From a virus: a stretch of DNA of 64,000 nt. Made by a program: the position numbers and the translations under genes. Positions 8,845 to 19,400 of this stretch are shown here, one piece after another (position 1 is the first letter of the stretch; every line of letters begins with the position of its first letter). The stretch lies in the IMG/VR virus record IMGVR_UViG_3300048587_000983; one strand, 5' to 3'. The notes below the pieces were generated by a model. That model did not search any database. It saw only the letters and a list, made by a program, of their open reading frames with translations, and had not been told where the DNA came from.

Positions 8845-10139
8845 TATTTCGATACCTTGACTGTGGTGGAAAACGGGACGAGCGGTGACCCTGTGAACGC
8901 GTTGATGGTTGACGGGTAGGTCAGCACGTTTTCAGTCGCGCCGGTACCTCCATCAAGCTCGATGGTGCCAAGTGCCTTTAGCTTGACGGGAGCTTTTGCC
9001 TCAAGGTTTACAGGCCCCAGCGACTGCACGTCGATCCCCGCCTTGGCGTCGATCTTCACCTTCTGAAGGGCAGTGAAGCTCATCTCGCCAGCATTGGAAA
9101 TCTTAACGGTGCCACCCGGCGCCGAGATCTCAAAATCCCCGGTGGCCAACGCATTGACCTTCACCAGTGGATTTGAGACCTCGATATCCCCGCTCTCCGT
9201 CAGCGACAGTTTGGATGTCGGATTCTTGACCTCCAAAGCCCCAGTCGCACTCAGATTGATTGTAATCAGACTATTTACGGCTACTTTAGCCGCACCTGTG
9301 GGAGAAATATCAAGCTCAAAATTTGGGATGGGACCGGACTTGAAGTTGTAGCTGCCGTCGGGGGAAATTTTTGTTCGTATCCCAATCGGTGTGCCGACGG
9401 GGGAGGGTGGGGATATTTGAAGCTCGTACACGCCGAGGTTTGAGATCGTTTCGGTGAAGCTCGGAAGTTGAACTCCCAGAACGCCAGGCACAGCAGGCCC
9501 TACCTGCCTCTTCCAGACGGTGGTGAGGTCAACCCCGCCGCGATCCTCAGTCATGATGAAGGTTCTAAGGAGGTCCCGTCGATACTCGGCCTTATGCACA
9601 GTGAGCTGGGTGATGGGATCTGATCCCCAGTCGATAGTCCCGCCGTCAGTCCTCAGTTGGTAGCGCCGGCAAAGATCGAAAATTGCCGAGCCTTTCGGGA
9701 TCATGGTCCGTCTTAATGTGTCGCTGCTTACGATCTCAATCGCCCCGTTCGATTTCACCGTAATTTTGTTGCCGGCAACGGTGGAGATGACCTTGTCACC
9801 CTCGATAAGCTTTGCTGGTTCATCGCCTGTGACCGTCGCAGCGTTTCGGGAGAGAGGCTTAAAAAAGCCAAAAATAAAAGGTTCGCCATCGACGTAAAAA
9901 ACAAGCCCTATCGAATTTTTGCGAGGTATTGAGGTGGACTCATCGCCTTCCGGATTACTATCTAGGTTGACCCACTGGCATCGAGGGATGTAATTATCAT
10001 TAAGACTACCCTTACCCAGAAATGTGACAACCGTGCAGTAGCGCTCCTTCGCAAAGACTTCGGTAATTCGTCCGAAGGCAAAACCGAAGGCCTGCTCCTC
10101 GCGGGTGGGATGCTCGCGCTCGTATATTGAAGCGTCCAT
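8844..10139 (-). CDS. baseplate central spike (gp5/gpV-like: OB-fold plus beta-helix repeats)
   Basis: N-terminal GRITEV...CTVV...IPRKNSIGLVFYVDGEPFIFGF OB-fold pattern; C-terminal short beta repeats (VKIDAKAGIDVQSLGPVNLEAKAPVKLKA). Confidence 0.7.
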   Translation of the reverse strand: MDASIYEREHPTREEQAFGFAFGRITEVFAKERYCTVVTFLGKGSLNDNYIPRCQWVNLDSNPEGDESTSIPRKNSIGLVFYVDGEPFIFGFFKPLSRNAATVTGDEPAKLIEGDKVISTVAGNKITVKSNGAIEIVSSDTLRRTMIPKGSAIFDLCRRYQLRTDGGTIDWGSDPITQLTVHKAEYRRDLLRTFIMTEDRGGVDLTTVWKRQVGPAVPGVLGVQLPSFTETISNLGVYELQISPPSPVGTPIGIRTKISPDGSYNFKSGPIPNFELDISPTGAAKVAVNSLITINLSATGALEVKNPTSKLSLTESGDIEVSNPLVKVNALATGDFEISAPGGTVKISNAGEMSFTALQKVKIDAKAGIDVQSLGPVNLEAKAPVKLKALGTIELDGGTGATENVLTYPSTINAFTGSPLVPFSTTVKVSK

Positions 10140-10213
10140 TCCGGCATTTCTCCGTGCATTCTCATGGGGTTTCTGGTCAGTCCCGAGTATATAGCCTTAG
10201 GAGCCATTTGCCG

Positions 10214-10768
10214 ATGTCATTTCAAAAAACGATTTTATGCGGCGAGATCATCACCGACCCCGAGCTCAGATGGAACCAGGCGGGCGTCGCCTGCTGTGCG
10301 TTTCGCTTGAAGACGGCGGAGAGCTGGATCGGTCCGGACGGCAGCGTGCGCGAGGACGAAGAGAGGCATCGCGTGCTCGTGTGGGGAAAAGACGCAGAGC
10401 GCATCTCAAAGGATTTCAAAAAAGGCCACCTCGTAGTCGTCGAAGGTCGGAACAAAACAAGGGCCTGGAAGAGCGAGAACGGGGTCACGATCGACATCAC
10501 GGAGGTGGTGGCCGTACCTAACGGCGTAAGGTTTTGCGGAGGAGCCGCCCTCGCCGAAAGTCGCCCCGCACGACCCGAGGCTTTCCCGGCTCCTCGACAG
10601 GATCCGCCTCCTGAGAGCGCCAAACAACCGTCCCCGGCAGCTCCCGAGGCTGCGGTAAAAGAAGAAAAGCCTTCCGCTCCCAAAAAGAAGACTCCAATCA
10701 AAGCCGCCGCCCCCAAGCCCGACAAGGTTCCCGTGGACCTCGCCGTCGCAGACGATTTACCCTTCTGA
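10214..10768 (+). CDS. ssb: single-stranded DNA-binding protein
   Basis: OB-fold motifs DPELRW, HRVLVWGKDAE, KKGHLVVVEGRNKTRAW; Pro/Ala linker; acidic DDLPF tail. ATG 10214 with AGGAG SD. Confidence 0.9.
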   Translation: MSFQKTILCGEIITDPELRWNQAGVACCAFRLKTAESWIGPDGSVREDEERHRVLVWGKDAERISKDFKKGHLVVVEGRNKTRAWKSENGVTIDITEVVAVPNGVRFCGGAALAESRPARPEAFPAPRQDPPPESAKQPSPAAPEAAVKEEKPSAPKKKTPIKAAAPKPDKVPVDLAVADDLPF

Positions 10769-10855
10769 TCGCCCGTAAACTTTACGGCTTGAGTTTTTCC
10801 GCAGGTCAGCCCAATATCGGGCTGGCGATGAATTAACACCGACCGAGGAATCAGT

Positions 10856-11179
10856 ATGAATTTGAGTGAGTTGACAGACCGAGTGGCCGCAGCTAGCGGA
10901 GCCAGCAAGGCTCAAACACGCGAGATAATCAAAACAACATTCGACGCCATGCAGCTTGAGGTCGCCAAGGGTGGCCGGGTTTGCATCGTCGGCTTTGGAA
11001 GTTTTTACCCCTTCGCCCGAAAAGAACGGGTGGGGCGTAACCCCCAGACGGGAGAAGAGGTAAAAATCCCGGCAGGCCCCGTGCCACGCTTTAAGCCGGG
11101 CAAGGAGTTCAAGGATACGATGGCCAAGGAGAGTCCGGCAAAAGCGCAGCGTCGCAAGGCCAACCGTAAAAAAGATTGA
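10856..11179 (+). CDS. hup: HU/IHF-family DNA-binding protein with basic C-terminal tail
   Basis: GGRVCIVGFGSF...ARKERVGRNPQTGEEVKIPAGPVPRFKPGKEFK signature. Confidence 0.93.
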   Translation: MNLSELTDRVAAASGASKAQTREIIKTTFDAMQLEVAKGGRVCIVGFGSFYPFARKERVGRNPQTGEEVKIPAGPVPRFKPGKEFKDTMAKESPAKAQRRKANRKKD

Positions 11180-11296
11180 AGGTGCACCGGAAGCTCCGGC
11201 TAATCCTTCCCTGTGAGTTTTCCGATAGAGTGCCAGTGCTCAATAGGCTAGGCTGATCTTAAGACCACCGAAGCTTTGCTGGGCAAGGAGGGCCGT

Positions 11297-11479
11297 ATGA
11301 ACGGTCTGACGACTGGCCTCCCTATTTTTCTGCGGCGCTTTCTTTGCCGCTTTCTCCCTCATTCCGACAGAAGGCTGGGCCCGGATCGAAACGAGCTGTG
11401 GGCAGACGGCGATCTGTCCCCCAGCACGGAAGTCTGCATCTGCAGGCGGTGTCTCAGAGTGAAGCGGAAACCTGCCTAG
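11297..11479 (+). CDS. small Cys/His protein (DUF1660-like, 60 aa)
   Basis: AAGGAGG SD; LCRFLPH...CICRRC pattern. Confidence 0.5.
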   Translation: MNGLTTGLPIFLRRFLCRFLPHSDRRLGPDRNELWADGDLSPSTEVCICRRCLRVKRKPA

Positions 11480-11661
11480 CCCCTTCTTTTTTCAAAGCCT
11501 CGCCAGAAAGCTTTTTTCTCTTCGTGATCTTCATGGAGACCGACCTTGGCTTCGAGCTTTTGCTCTTTCGGGCTTTCCGCAGCTTCCTGCTCCTTTGATT
11601 CCCGCCGCTCATGGCTCAGAAGGAGCGCTTTCAGATCTTTCTTCGACACATCGTCTCTCAT
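11476..11661 (-). CDS. charged 61-aa peptide ending in FWRGFEKRRG
   Basis: ATGA overlap with the helicase stop; carries the recurring motif at its C-terminus. Confidence 0.6.
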   Translation of the reverse strand: MRDDVSKKDLKALLLSHERRESKEQEAAESPKEQKLEAKVGLHEDHEEKKAFWRGFEKRRG

Positions 11662-13088
11662 GGCTTTTCGCTTCCTTTTTCACGGAGAATATTCAAAAAC
11701 TGGTCGTTCAGAGCATCCTTTTGCGCCGAGAGCATGTCGAGGTACTCATCCACACCAGAGTCCGCTTTCCTGCGTAAAACTCTCTGCAGGAAGGTTTTTG
11801 GAACGGTCGAATGGAACTTCTGAACATGGACATTCCTCTCTTCCGGCGGAAGGTGCTCATGGCTTTTAAAGCGGACGCCCCGGCCCTCAGCCTGCTCCAG
11901 CCGTGAGGTGTTCCAGTGCGGTTCCAAAAGCTGCATCAATTTTGTGCCTTTGAGGTCCAGGCCTTGAGCGCCTGCGCCAGAGATGAGGAGGGCCTTTGCT
12001 CGTCCGGCATTATAATCCTCCACCGCTTGCTTTCGTTTCGCATCAGAGAGTGTCCCGTCAAATACAGCGTGTGGAACACCAAGATTGGCAAGATGTCGCG
12101 CATATTCCTTCACTCCGGAATCGAGGTAGTTTGAGTAGACGACCGCCTTGAAGTTAGGGTCTTTTTGCATACGTTTTTGGAACTCGTCGATCGCCCGCTG
12201 AATTTTTGGAGAAGTCTCCGTTCCCCCAAACCCTCTCGTGCTATTTGATATTTGCCGCGGTCCGGAAAGGAAGGAATTGAGCGACTTGCTCTCCTGTTTG
12301 TTTGGCGGCAAGCCTCGACGAATCTTATAACGAAGCCCAGGACCTGCCTTGTCGAGGACGAAGTCGTAATATTTCATCTGCTCGGCATTCATCGGGACCT
12401 GGATCGTCTCGCGGCTCACAGCGGGAAAGTTCTCCCGCGCCGGCGCGTGATAGTCCACATAGCCCTTCACGAGATCAGCGAAGCGCTCGGGGTTTTTGAT
12501 TTTGTACTCGACCCCTGGTTTTGCCCCATGAAAGATTCGGGCCAGGAGTCCGGGGCTTTTCATGACCTCTGCTATGAAGGCCTTGTCGAAGGCCTTGGGG
12601 TCGGACGGTATTTTCGTATCGCCACGCACCATGGCCATAAGAGGGCCGATCTCGTGCGGGTAGTTGCGGATAGGAGTGCCTGTGAGAAGAATCCGCTTGT
12701 CGTAATCGCGCGCCTTTTGAATCATCTCCTGAGTCCGCTTGCTGTCGGTGCGACCGAGCATGTGGGCCTCATCGACCACAAGAGCGTGGCCCGTAGGTGG
12801 CGTCTTCACGGCCTTTTCGTAGCTCATGATGTTCGGCTTGTGGCCAGTCGTATGCTTTTGTACCTCTTTCGCATAGTTCTGACGAAGAGCCGCTGGTACA
12901 ACGACATCGGTTTCGTCACCTTGCGTCGCGGCCAGGGAGGTGAGCGTCTTGCCGCTTCCAAGGCCGTGATAGACAAGAACGCCCGGCTTTTTACCGAGCC
13001 TTTGCTGAACGCGGATCTGCTGCGGCTCCAGCTTGGTTGTGGTTTTTAGTTTGGCTCTCTTCTCAAAACCCAGCCAGAAGCTGTGCAT
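11658..13088 (-). CDS. SF2 (SNF2-related) ATPase/helicase resembling poxvirus D6/D11 (VETF small subunit/NPH-I) (476 aa)
   Basis: Motifs YHGLGSGKT, DEAH, LTGTP, GAGAQGLDLK, LLEPHWN..RLEQAEGRGVRFKSHEHLPPEERNV. True start ATG 13088 with GGAGGAG SD; N-terminus MHSFWLGFEKRA. Confidence 0.9.
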   Translation of the reverse strand: MHSFWLGFEKRAKLKTTTKLEPQQIRVQQRLGKKPGVLVYHGLGSGKTLTSLAATQGDETDVVVPAALRQNYAKEVQKHTTGHKPNIMSYEKAVKTPPTGHALVVDEAHMLGRTDSKRTQEMIQKARDYDKRILLTGTPIRNYPHEIGPLMAMVRGDTKIPSDPKAFDKAFIAEVMKSPGLLARIFHGAKPGVEYKIKNPERFADLVKGYVDYHAPARENFPAVSRETIQVPMNAEQMKYYDFVLDKAGPGLRYKIRRGLPPNKQESKSLNSFLSGPRQISNSTRGFGGTETSPKIQRAIDEFQKRMQKDPNFKAVVYSNYLDSGVKEYARHLANLGVPHAVFDGTLSDAKRKQAVEDYNAGRAKALLISGAGAQGLDLKGTKLMQLLEPHWNTSRLEQAEGRGVRFKSHEHLPPEERNVHVQKFHSTVPKTFLQRVLRRKADSGVDEYLDMLSAQKDALNDQFLNILREKGSEKP

Positions 13089-13110
13089 TACCGTTTCTCC
13101 TCCGGAAGAT

Positions 13111-13491
13111 TCAAATGGTGCCAAGCATAAGCTCTTCGTCTTCGCCCGTTCGCGCAAGATAGCGGAGGTATTCCTTCTGTTCTTTTGGAGGCATGGCGAG
13201 AACTCTTTTGGCTTCCTCGATACCCCGCTTCTGGGCGATCGCCCTAAGGACCCCGGCCAGCCCGCCGACAGCCAAGCCGGCCGCACCTCCGGCAAAAGCC
13301 CCAGGGACAGCGCGGTCCGCGGCACCGAAAAGAGCCCCCGTAACCCCGCCTAAACCAGCTCCGACGAGACCTCCTTTTAGTTTCGACAGCGGTTTTTTCT
13401 GCGCTGATTCTTCGAGCTCTTTTTTAAGAACACGAGCCTCGTAATCGTAGTCGTAAGCCCGCTTTTCAAAGCCGTTCCAAAATGCATGCAT
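13111..13491 (-). CDS. glycine-zipper membrane protein with N-terminal FWNGFEKRA motif
   Basis: GGLVGAGLGGVTGALFG / GAFAGGAAGLAVGGLAG; start overlaps the RNAP stop (TGATG). Confidence 0.8.
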   Translation of the reverse strand: MHAFWNGFEKRAYDYDYEARVLKKELEESAQKKPLSKLKGGLVGAGLGGVTGALFGAADRAVPGAFAGGAAGLAVGGLAGVLRAIAQKRGIEEAKRVLAMPPKEQKEYLRYLARTGEDEELMLGTI

Positions 13492-16400
13492 CAGTATTTC
13501 CCTTCCTTGCCTTTGCCAAACTCCGCTCCGTAGGCGAACGCCGGGATCGGATGGTAGTCACTCGTATTCGTGCTCCAGCCTTGCGAGGCCCCGGTCGTCA
13601 GCGCGCGCTGCAGCTGCTGATAGCCGAGAGCAGCCATCCAGTCTTTTCTCAAAAGAGGCAGATTGCGCACGGATTTGAGAAGTGGCGCATGAACTATGGG
13701 ATCCTTTTGAATCTTAACCGTTTTCACCGTGGCCGAAAGCCGGGAGATGTCCTCAGGGGTCATCTCGTGCCCCGCGCGAAGGCCTCCGGCAGACTCGGCG
13801 AGCTTAAAGCCGAGGCTCTCTTCGATCGGCACGTCCTGGGCGAGGTTTTTGTTGTGGTGCTGGGCCACCGTATAGGGGATCACATCCCCCGGAAGATAAC
13901 CCGTCCCTTTGGGAGCGTTCTGCACCTGGGTCGTATTGCCCATGGACCGCACAACGGTCTCAAAAATCTTTTTGTGGAGATTGACCCCCTGGCCCTCGTA
14001 GCTCTTTTTGAGCTCGGTGGCGAGGTAGTCCTGGGCGGCGTCCATCCCGAGGTGTTTCACGAGATCCTGGGGCTTGATAGGCCCCTCAGAAAGCGGCTCA
14101 CCACGCCTGACCTGCGAGCCCACCTGCACGCGAAGAGGTTTGCCCTGAGGAACATGCGCCTTTGTGTCTTTACCGATCGTCACGACAAAGCCGCCACCAA
14201 GACCCTTTTCGATCTTTGTCACCCGGCCATCGACCGGGGCAAGTGGCGCAGCGCCTGCGACCTGCTTTGGCATCTGAAGAAGCTGATCGATCCGGGCGTA
14301 GCCCTGAACGTCGGCCCCTGTGCCGGCAGCCCCGCCCGTGTGGAAAGTTCGCATCACCATCTGCACCAGCGGCTCACTTATCGTCTGGCCTGCCTTGGCA
14401 CCGATGTTCTCGCCTATCTCAGGCATGTGACCGTGCTCGTCGAGGCCATAGCACTTCGCGCATGTGCCTTTTGGGGCAAGACAGCGAAGTGGCGAGCGGA
14501 CCTTGATGCTTGAAAGACCGCGTTTTTTCAGCTCGTTGACCACCTTCGTGTCAACCAGGGTATTGTGAGAAAAGCCGCCCTGATCGCCCGCGAGGAAGCG
14601 GTCGTAGACATCGGTGTCCTCGATCTTGTGAGCGACCCCTTCTTTCGTTCCGCAGTCCTCTTTTGATATGACGTTTCCGATTGTGGTCGCCATGATGTCT
14701 TTTGAAAAGGCCCCGGGCAGCGAGGTCTGGATCGCCCTATCCATCATGCCTCGACGAGCCCCGTACATGCTGATCCAGTAATCGCCGACGTCCAGGCCTT
14801 CGGCGTAGGATTTTTTTATTGGGGTCGGGATAATGCGGCCCTTTTCGTCGCTCATAAAAAGAGGGGTCGCCACGATCTGCCTGAGCTGGCTTGAGTTGCC
14901 GCGCGCCCCTGAGCGGACCATATCGAAAAGCGGATTGTCTTTCCCTTCGAGCTTTTTCTCGATGACCTTGTCGATAAGGTTCGCCGCGCGCTTGTTGACG
15001 TCCATAAGCCGGGCCTGGTCGGTGGTCGCCGCAGCGGCTCTGGATGCACTCTCGACCACCCTGTCACGGATCGTCCCAAACTGCGCAATGTCTTCAAGAC
15101 CAAGTGTAAAGCCTCTTTCGTATGCGTGCTTTTCACCTTCGGCCTTGAGGTTGGCGACGATACTCGCATAGTCCTGCGGCGGCAGCTCTTTTGAAAGCTT
15201 CATGACAAGAGCCCCGGTCGCCTTTTTATCAAGGACACCCGTGACCTTATATTTCTCAGGCAGAAAGCGATTGAGGCTCTGGCGGCCAGCCGGCGTTTTT
15301 GAAAGGTAGAAAAGCCCAATCTGCGCCTCCTGGGAGGGCTGAATCATAAGCTTGCCCGACCCCGGCTGGAAGAGATTGCGCGAGGGCTTCAGCCGCTCGG
15401 CCTCTTTGTTGGCCTCATCTCCAATCGGCACGTGAACCGTCATCGTATCGCCGTCGAAGTCAGCATTGAATCCTTGAACGATAAGAGGCGGGATCTTGAT
15501 AGCCTTGCCGTCGGTGATCTTGGGCTTAAATGCCATGATCGAGAACTTATGCAGCGAAGGGGCTCTATTCAAAAGAACATGCCGCTGCTTCATGACATTA
15601 TCGAGTGCTCGGCGCGCAGTCTGCGTTTTCTTCTTGATGGCCTCTTTCGCGTCGAGGGGGTTCAGTCCGAAGTTGCGAAGCTCGCGCACGACGAAAGGTT
15701 CAAAGAGCGACCACGCCATAGGCTCGGGCATCGCCATTTCATCGACGCCAAGCGAGGGCTCAGGGATGATCGTCCCGCGGCCGACATAGTCCTGCTGCTT
15801 TGAGAGGAGCTTGCTGATAAAGAAGCCCTCTTTTGGCTGACCACCCGTGCCGCCCTTGATCTCGGCTATAAGGCCGTCCTTCGGCTTTCCTTTCATGGTC
15901 GTATTCGTAAGACCGACGACACCCTTCACGTGCTTATAAAGATCGGCGCGGACATCAGCCTTCGCATCCTCCGAAAGCAGGTCCATGACGGGAAGGTTCA
16001 TCACCGTGTTGACGACGCCCACGTTCTGATAAAGATCGTTCACGGGGGATGTCGCCACCTCGCCCGTTGGCAGTGGGTAGATGGGTCTATAGATGGGAGG
16101 CAGCACCGGAAGCTTTCTTCGGATGTAGGCCTCTTCAGGACGAAGACCTGTCTGCTTCAGCGCCGATAGGTAGCGAAGCTTTTTGTTCATGTCGTCAAGC
16201 TTCGAGCCAGTCGCATTCTGCGCTTTTCGCGTAAGGTTCTTAAGCTCCGCGTCGACGTCCATTTTCTTTAAAAGTGTTTCGATTCCCGCGCCGCCGGTGA
16301 CGCCCGTATGCTCGGTCGTGAGGCTGCCGTCAGGTTTAACGAAAAGCTTTCCTGCAACGATCTCGTCAAATTTCCCCGAGAGCCCGAGAAGTTTTCTCGC

Positions 16401-19400
16401 TGCCTCTTCAAACGCCGGGTTTACGACGGGCTCCTTCAGCTCAAGATGGCCCCACTTGGTTCCCTTGAGGCCGCCGAAGATCTTGCCATCGAAAAACCCG
16501 CCCTTGACGGGCTGAAAGTCCTTGGCGTGATAGAAGTGCGCCTTCTGCACGCCGCCGCTGCTCATCTTTTCGATCTGGGCGTCCGTGAGAGGGGCAAGCG
16601 TGAGTTTGGTCCCCTCCTTTTGGACATCGATGCCGGCCCCCTTCAGATAGGCCATGAATTTGTCGAATACAAACGGGGCCTTGGGCGGCGGCAGCTGCTG
16701 GCCGCTACGAAGTGCCTTCCAGTATTCGTCGTTGACGTTCGCTTTCAGCGAGCTCATCTCACGAAGGTTTGCCCGCGCCCCGTGGGAGAGGAGCGAATAC
16801 ATCGTCAGAAGGTCGAGCGATTTTGAGCCTTCCTCGCCGCCTGTTTTCAGGGGCTGAAGGTTACTGTCATACGGCATCCCAGGTCCGCCCTGGCGAACCG
16901 AGAAGTTGCCGGCCGATTGCTTGAAGAGCTTCAGGATGTATGGGTTTCCGACGTGCACCTGACCGAGGCTTTTGCCAGTCGAAGGATCAAAAAGTTCTTC
17001 CTTGTCAGACACCCCGTTTTCTTTAAGAAACTTTCGAGTTGTGCCAAGATAGTTTTGTCCTGTGAAGTTTTGAACCTTGTATGGAGCCCCAGCTTTGAGA
17101 GCCGCCTTGCCTGCAGCAGACTCGTAGATCTGACCAATGTTGATTCGTCCAATAACTCCGTGAGGATTGAGGAGGATATCGACAGCTCCGCCTCCAGCAT
17201 CCTTCGGCATCTGTCCATCGGGGAGGATTTTTGTGATGATGCCCTTGTTCCCCATGCGTCCCGAGAGCTTGTCGCCGATCTTTGCGCGCTCCTCGGTTCG
17301 TATGAAGACCGTGATCGTTCCCCCAACTTTAACCACTTCAGTGACAACGCCTTCGTCCTCGCCCGTCCAGCGAACGCTGGCATCCCGCGGTCTATCCGCG
17401 AGGGTTTTGGAGATAACCGCGATCTGAGCATCCCGATTCTTCCTCTCCATTGCTGCGATGATAATATCACCCGAGCGGACGCGCGAACCTTTTTTGATAA
17501 CGCCATCAGAACCAATTTTTGAGGCGTTGTCCGGACTCAGGAGCGCCGGGTAGTTCAGCCGGAAAAGCCCCTTGTCGAGAGTTGACTGGGGTGTTACCGC
17601 GTAGGATTTTTTGTGTATGTGCTCGCTCGTGAGCTTCTCAGCCGCAGACTCCGAGATTACAATCCCGTCCTCGAAGTTGTAGCCCTTGTAGGGAATATAT
17701 GCGGCGCGCAGGTTTGTGCCGAGCGCCAGCGTCCCGCCTTTTGTAAAATTGCTCTCCGCGAGGAGCTGATCCTTTTTCACCCGCTCCCCGACCTTGACCA
17801 CGGGCGTATGATGGAGAAAGCTTTTCCGGTTGAGCGAGAAGTTATTATAGAGGCTAATCTTCCGATCACCTCCAGCCGTCGTAAGAACGATCTCGTCCTC
17901 GCCAACCTTTTTTACAGTGCCTTCTTCAGGGGCACGAATCGCCACCTGGCGCCCGACGACCTCCTCCATGGATTGGCCGGTTGAAGTTCCGACTTGAACA
18001 AGCGGCGCCTCCCGGTGCTTAAGGCCGATGGCCTGCTCCAGCATTTTCGAGGCCATCATCGCCCGGTTCCCCTGGTTTGAGGGAAGAAAGGGGACAAGGT
18101 TTGTCGATGGAGAGAAAAGGGCCTCGGCGGTTGGCGTGAAGTAATCCACCTTGGAGACGGGCACCATAACGATCTGCCCGCGGTAGAGGGCCTTGACCGT
18201 ATCGCCCTTTTGCCCCGGAAAAGCCACGTACTTCTCCCAGCTTTCAATTGGCGTGAGAGCCTCAGGCTGCCCCGTCTTTGCATTTTTCAGGATGGCCTTA
18301 AGATTCTTGCCGTCCTTGATCACGCCCATTGGAAGGTGGAGGTTGACGCCTATTCGTTCTGATTCAGGCGTGTGGACGGGGTCTATGAAACCGTAATGCG
18401 AAGGGTGGACCTGCCGCATCTCGTCTTTGATTGCATGGCGCGATGTGATCCCGCCCGAACCCATGAAAGTCGCCTTGTGTCCGCCGGATAGCATCTCAAG
18501 GGGATTTGTCTGCTCGGGCGTTGCCGCCTTGTCGTCCTGCGTGAAAAACCCCTCGACCGTAGACGAGAACGCGGCCGGGTTTACGAGCTGGCTTATCTTC
18601 ACACGGCGCGGGTTATCGACCTGTCTTCGGATCTTGCGCTCCAGCTCTGTGCGGTTCTTTTCAAGACGCTCGGCTATGAAATCCTCCACGCTATGGATTT
18701 CTTTAAACGCGAGGGAGTCCCTGTCCACGGGTTCTTTTTTTCCAAGCTGCACATCAAGAAGGTTTTTGGACGCGGCCAAGAGCATTGGCCCATCGACCCT
18801 CTCAAACGAAGTCCCAAGCACCAGTTTCGTCGTATCCGCCGGCAGAGACGTTTTTCCAAAATACTCTCTGAGACCATCTTTTTTAACCCCGAACGCGGTT
18901 TCAGCACGCTGCACCGCTTTCGGATCAGTATTTTTGTTGGCCGCCTCTAGTTTGGAACCCCAGGTTTGAGCCATGAGTACAGGAGAGACGCCGAGATGAG
19001 TAAGAATAGGATAAAGAGGAATATTCGTCTGACCCCCGCCGATTTTCTGGATGGTGAAGACACCACTCCTCTCATCAAACGCGAGGTCAAAGTTCCTTCC
19101 TCGTGCCAGGTTAACTTGGGTTTTGAGTTGTCCATTTTGCTTCCTTATCGTGTAGACGCCAGAGCGCAGGCGAAGCTGGTTGTTCACCTGATACTCGTTG
19201 CCGGCGACGATATACGACGAGCGCGCCGTTGCCGTTGGAAGAAGAAAGAGCCTCACTTTCTCCGCGCGGTCAATCACTTTTCCTGTCGAATTTTCGACGA
19301 GTGACAGCGAGGCGTACACAGGAACCCCCCATGTCCCCTCACGAAGCTTTGTCTTTGCCTGGCCGGAAAAGTCGTCCGGAGCGGCTTTGTCGTCGGTCCA

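Noticed and set aside
13089-13325. 79-aa N-terminal extension of the helicase in the ORF track
   Set aside because: It overlaps 13111..13491; a strong GGAGGAG SD precedes ATG 13088, which places the tag at the N-terminus as in its neighbour.
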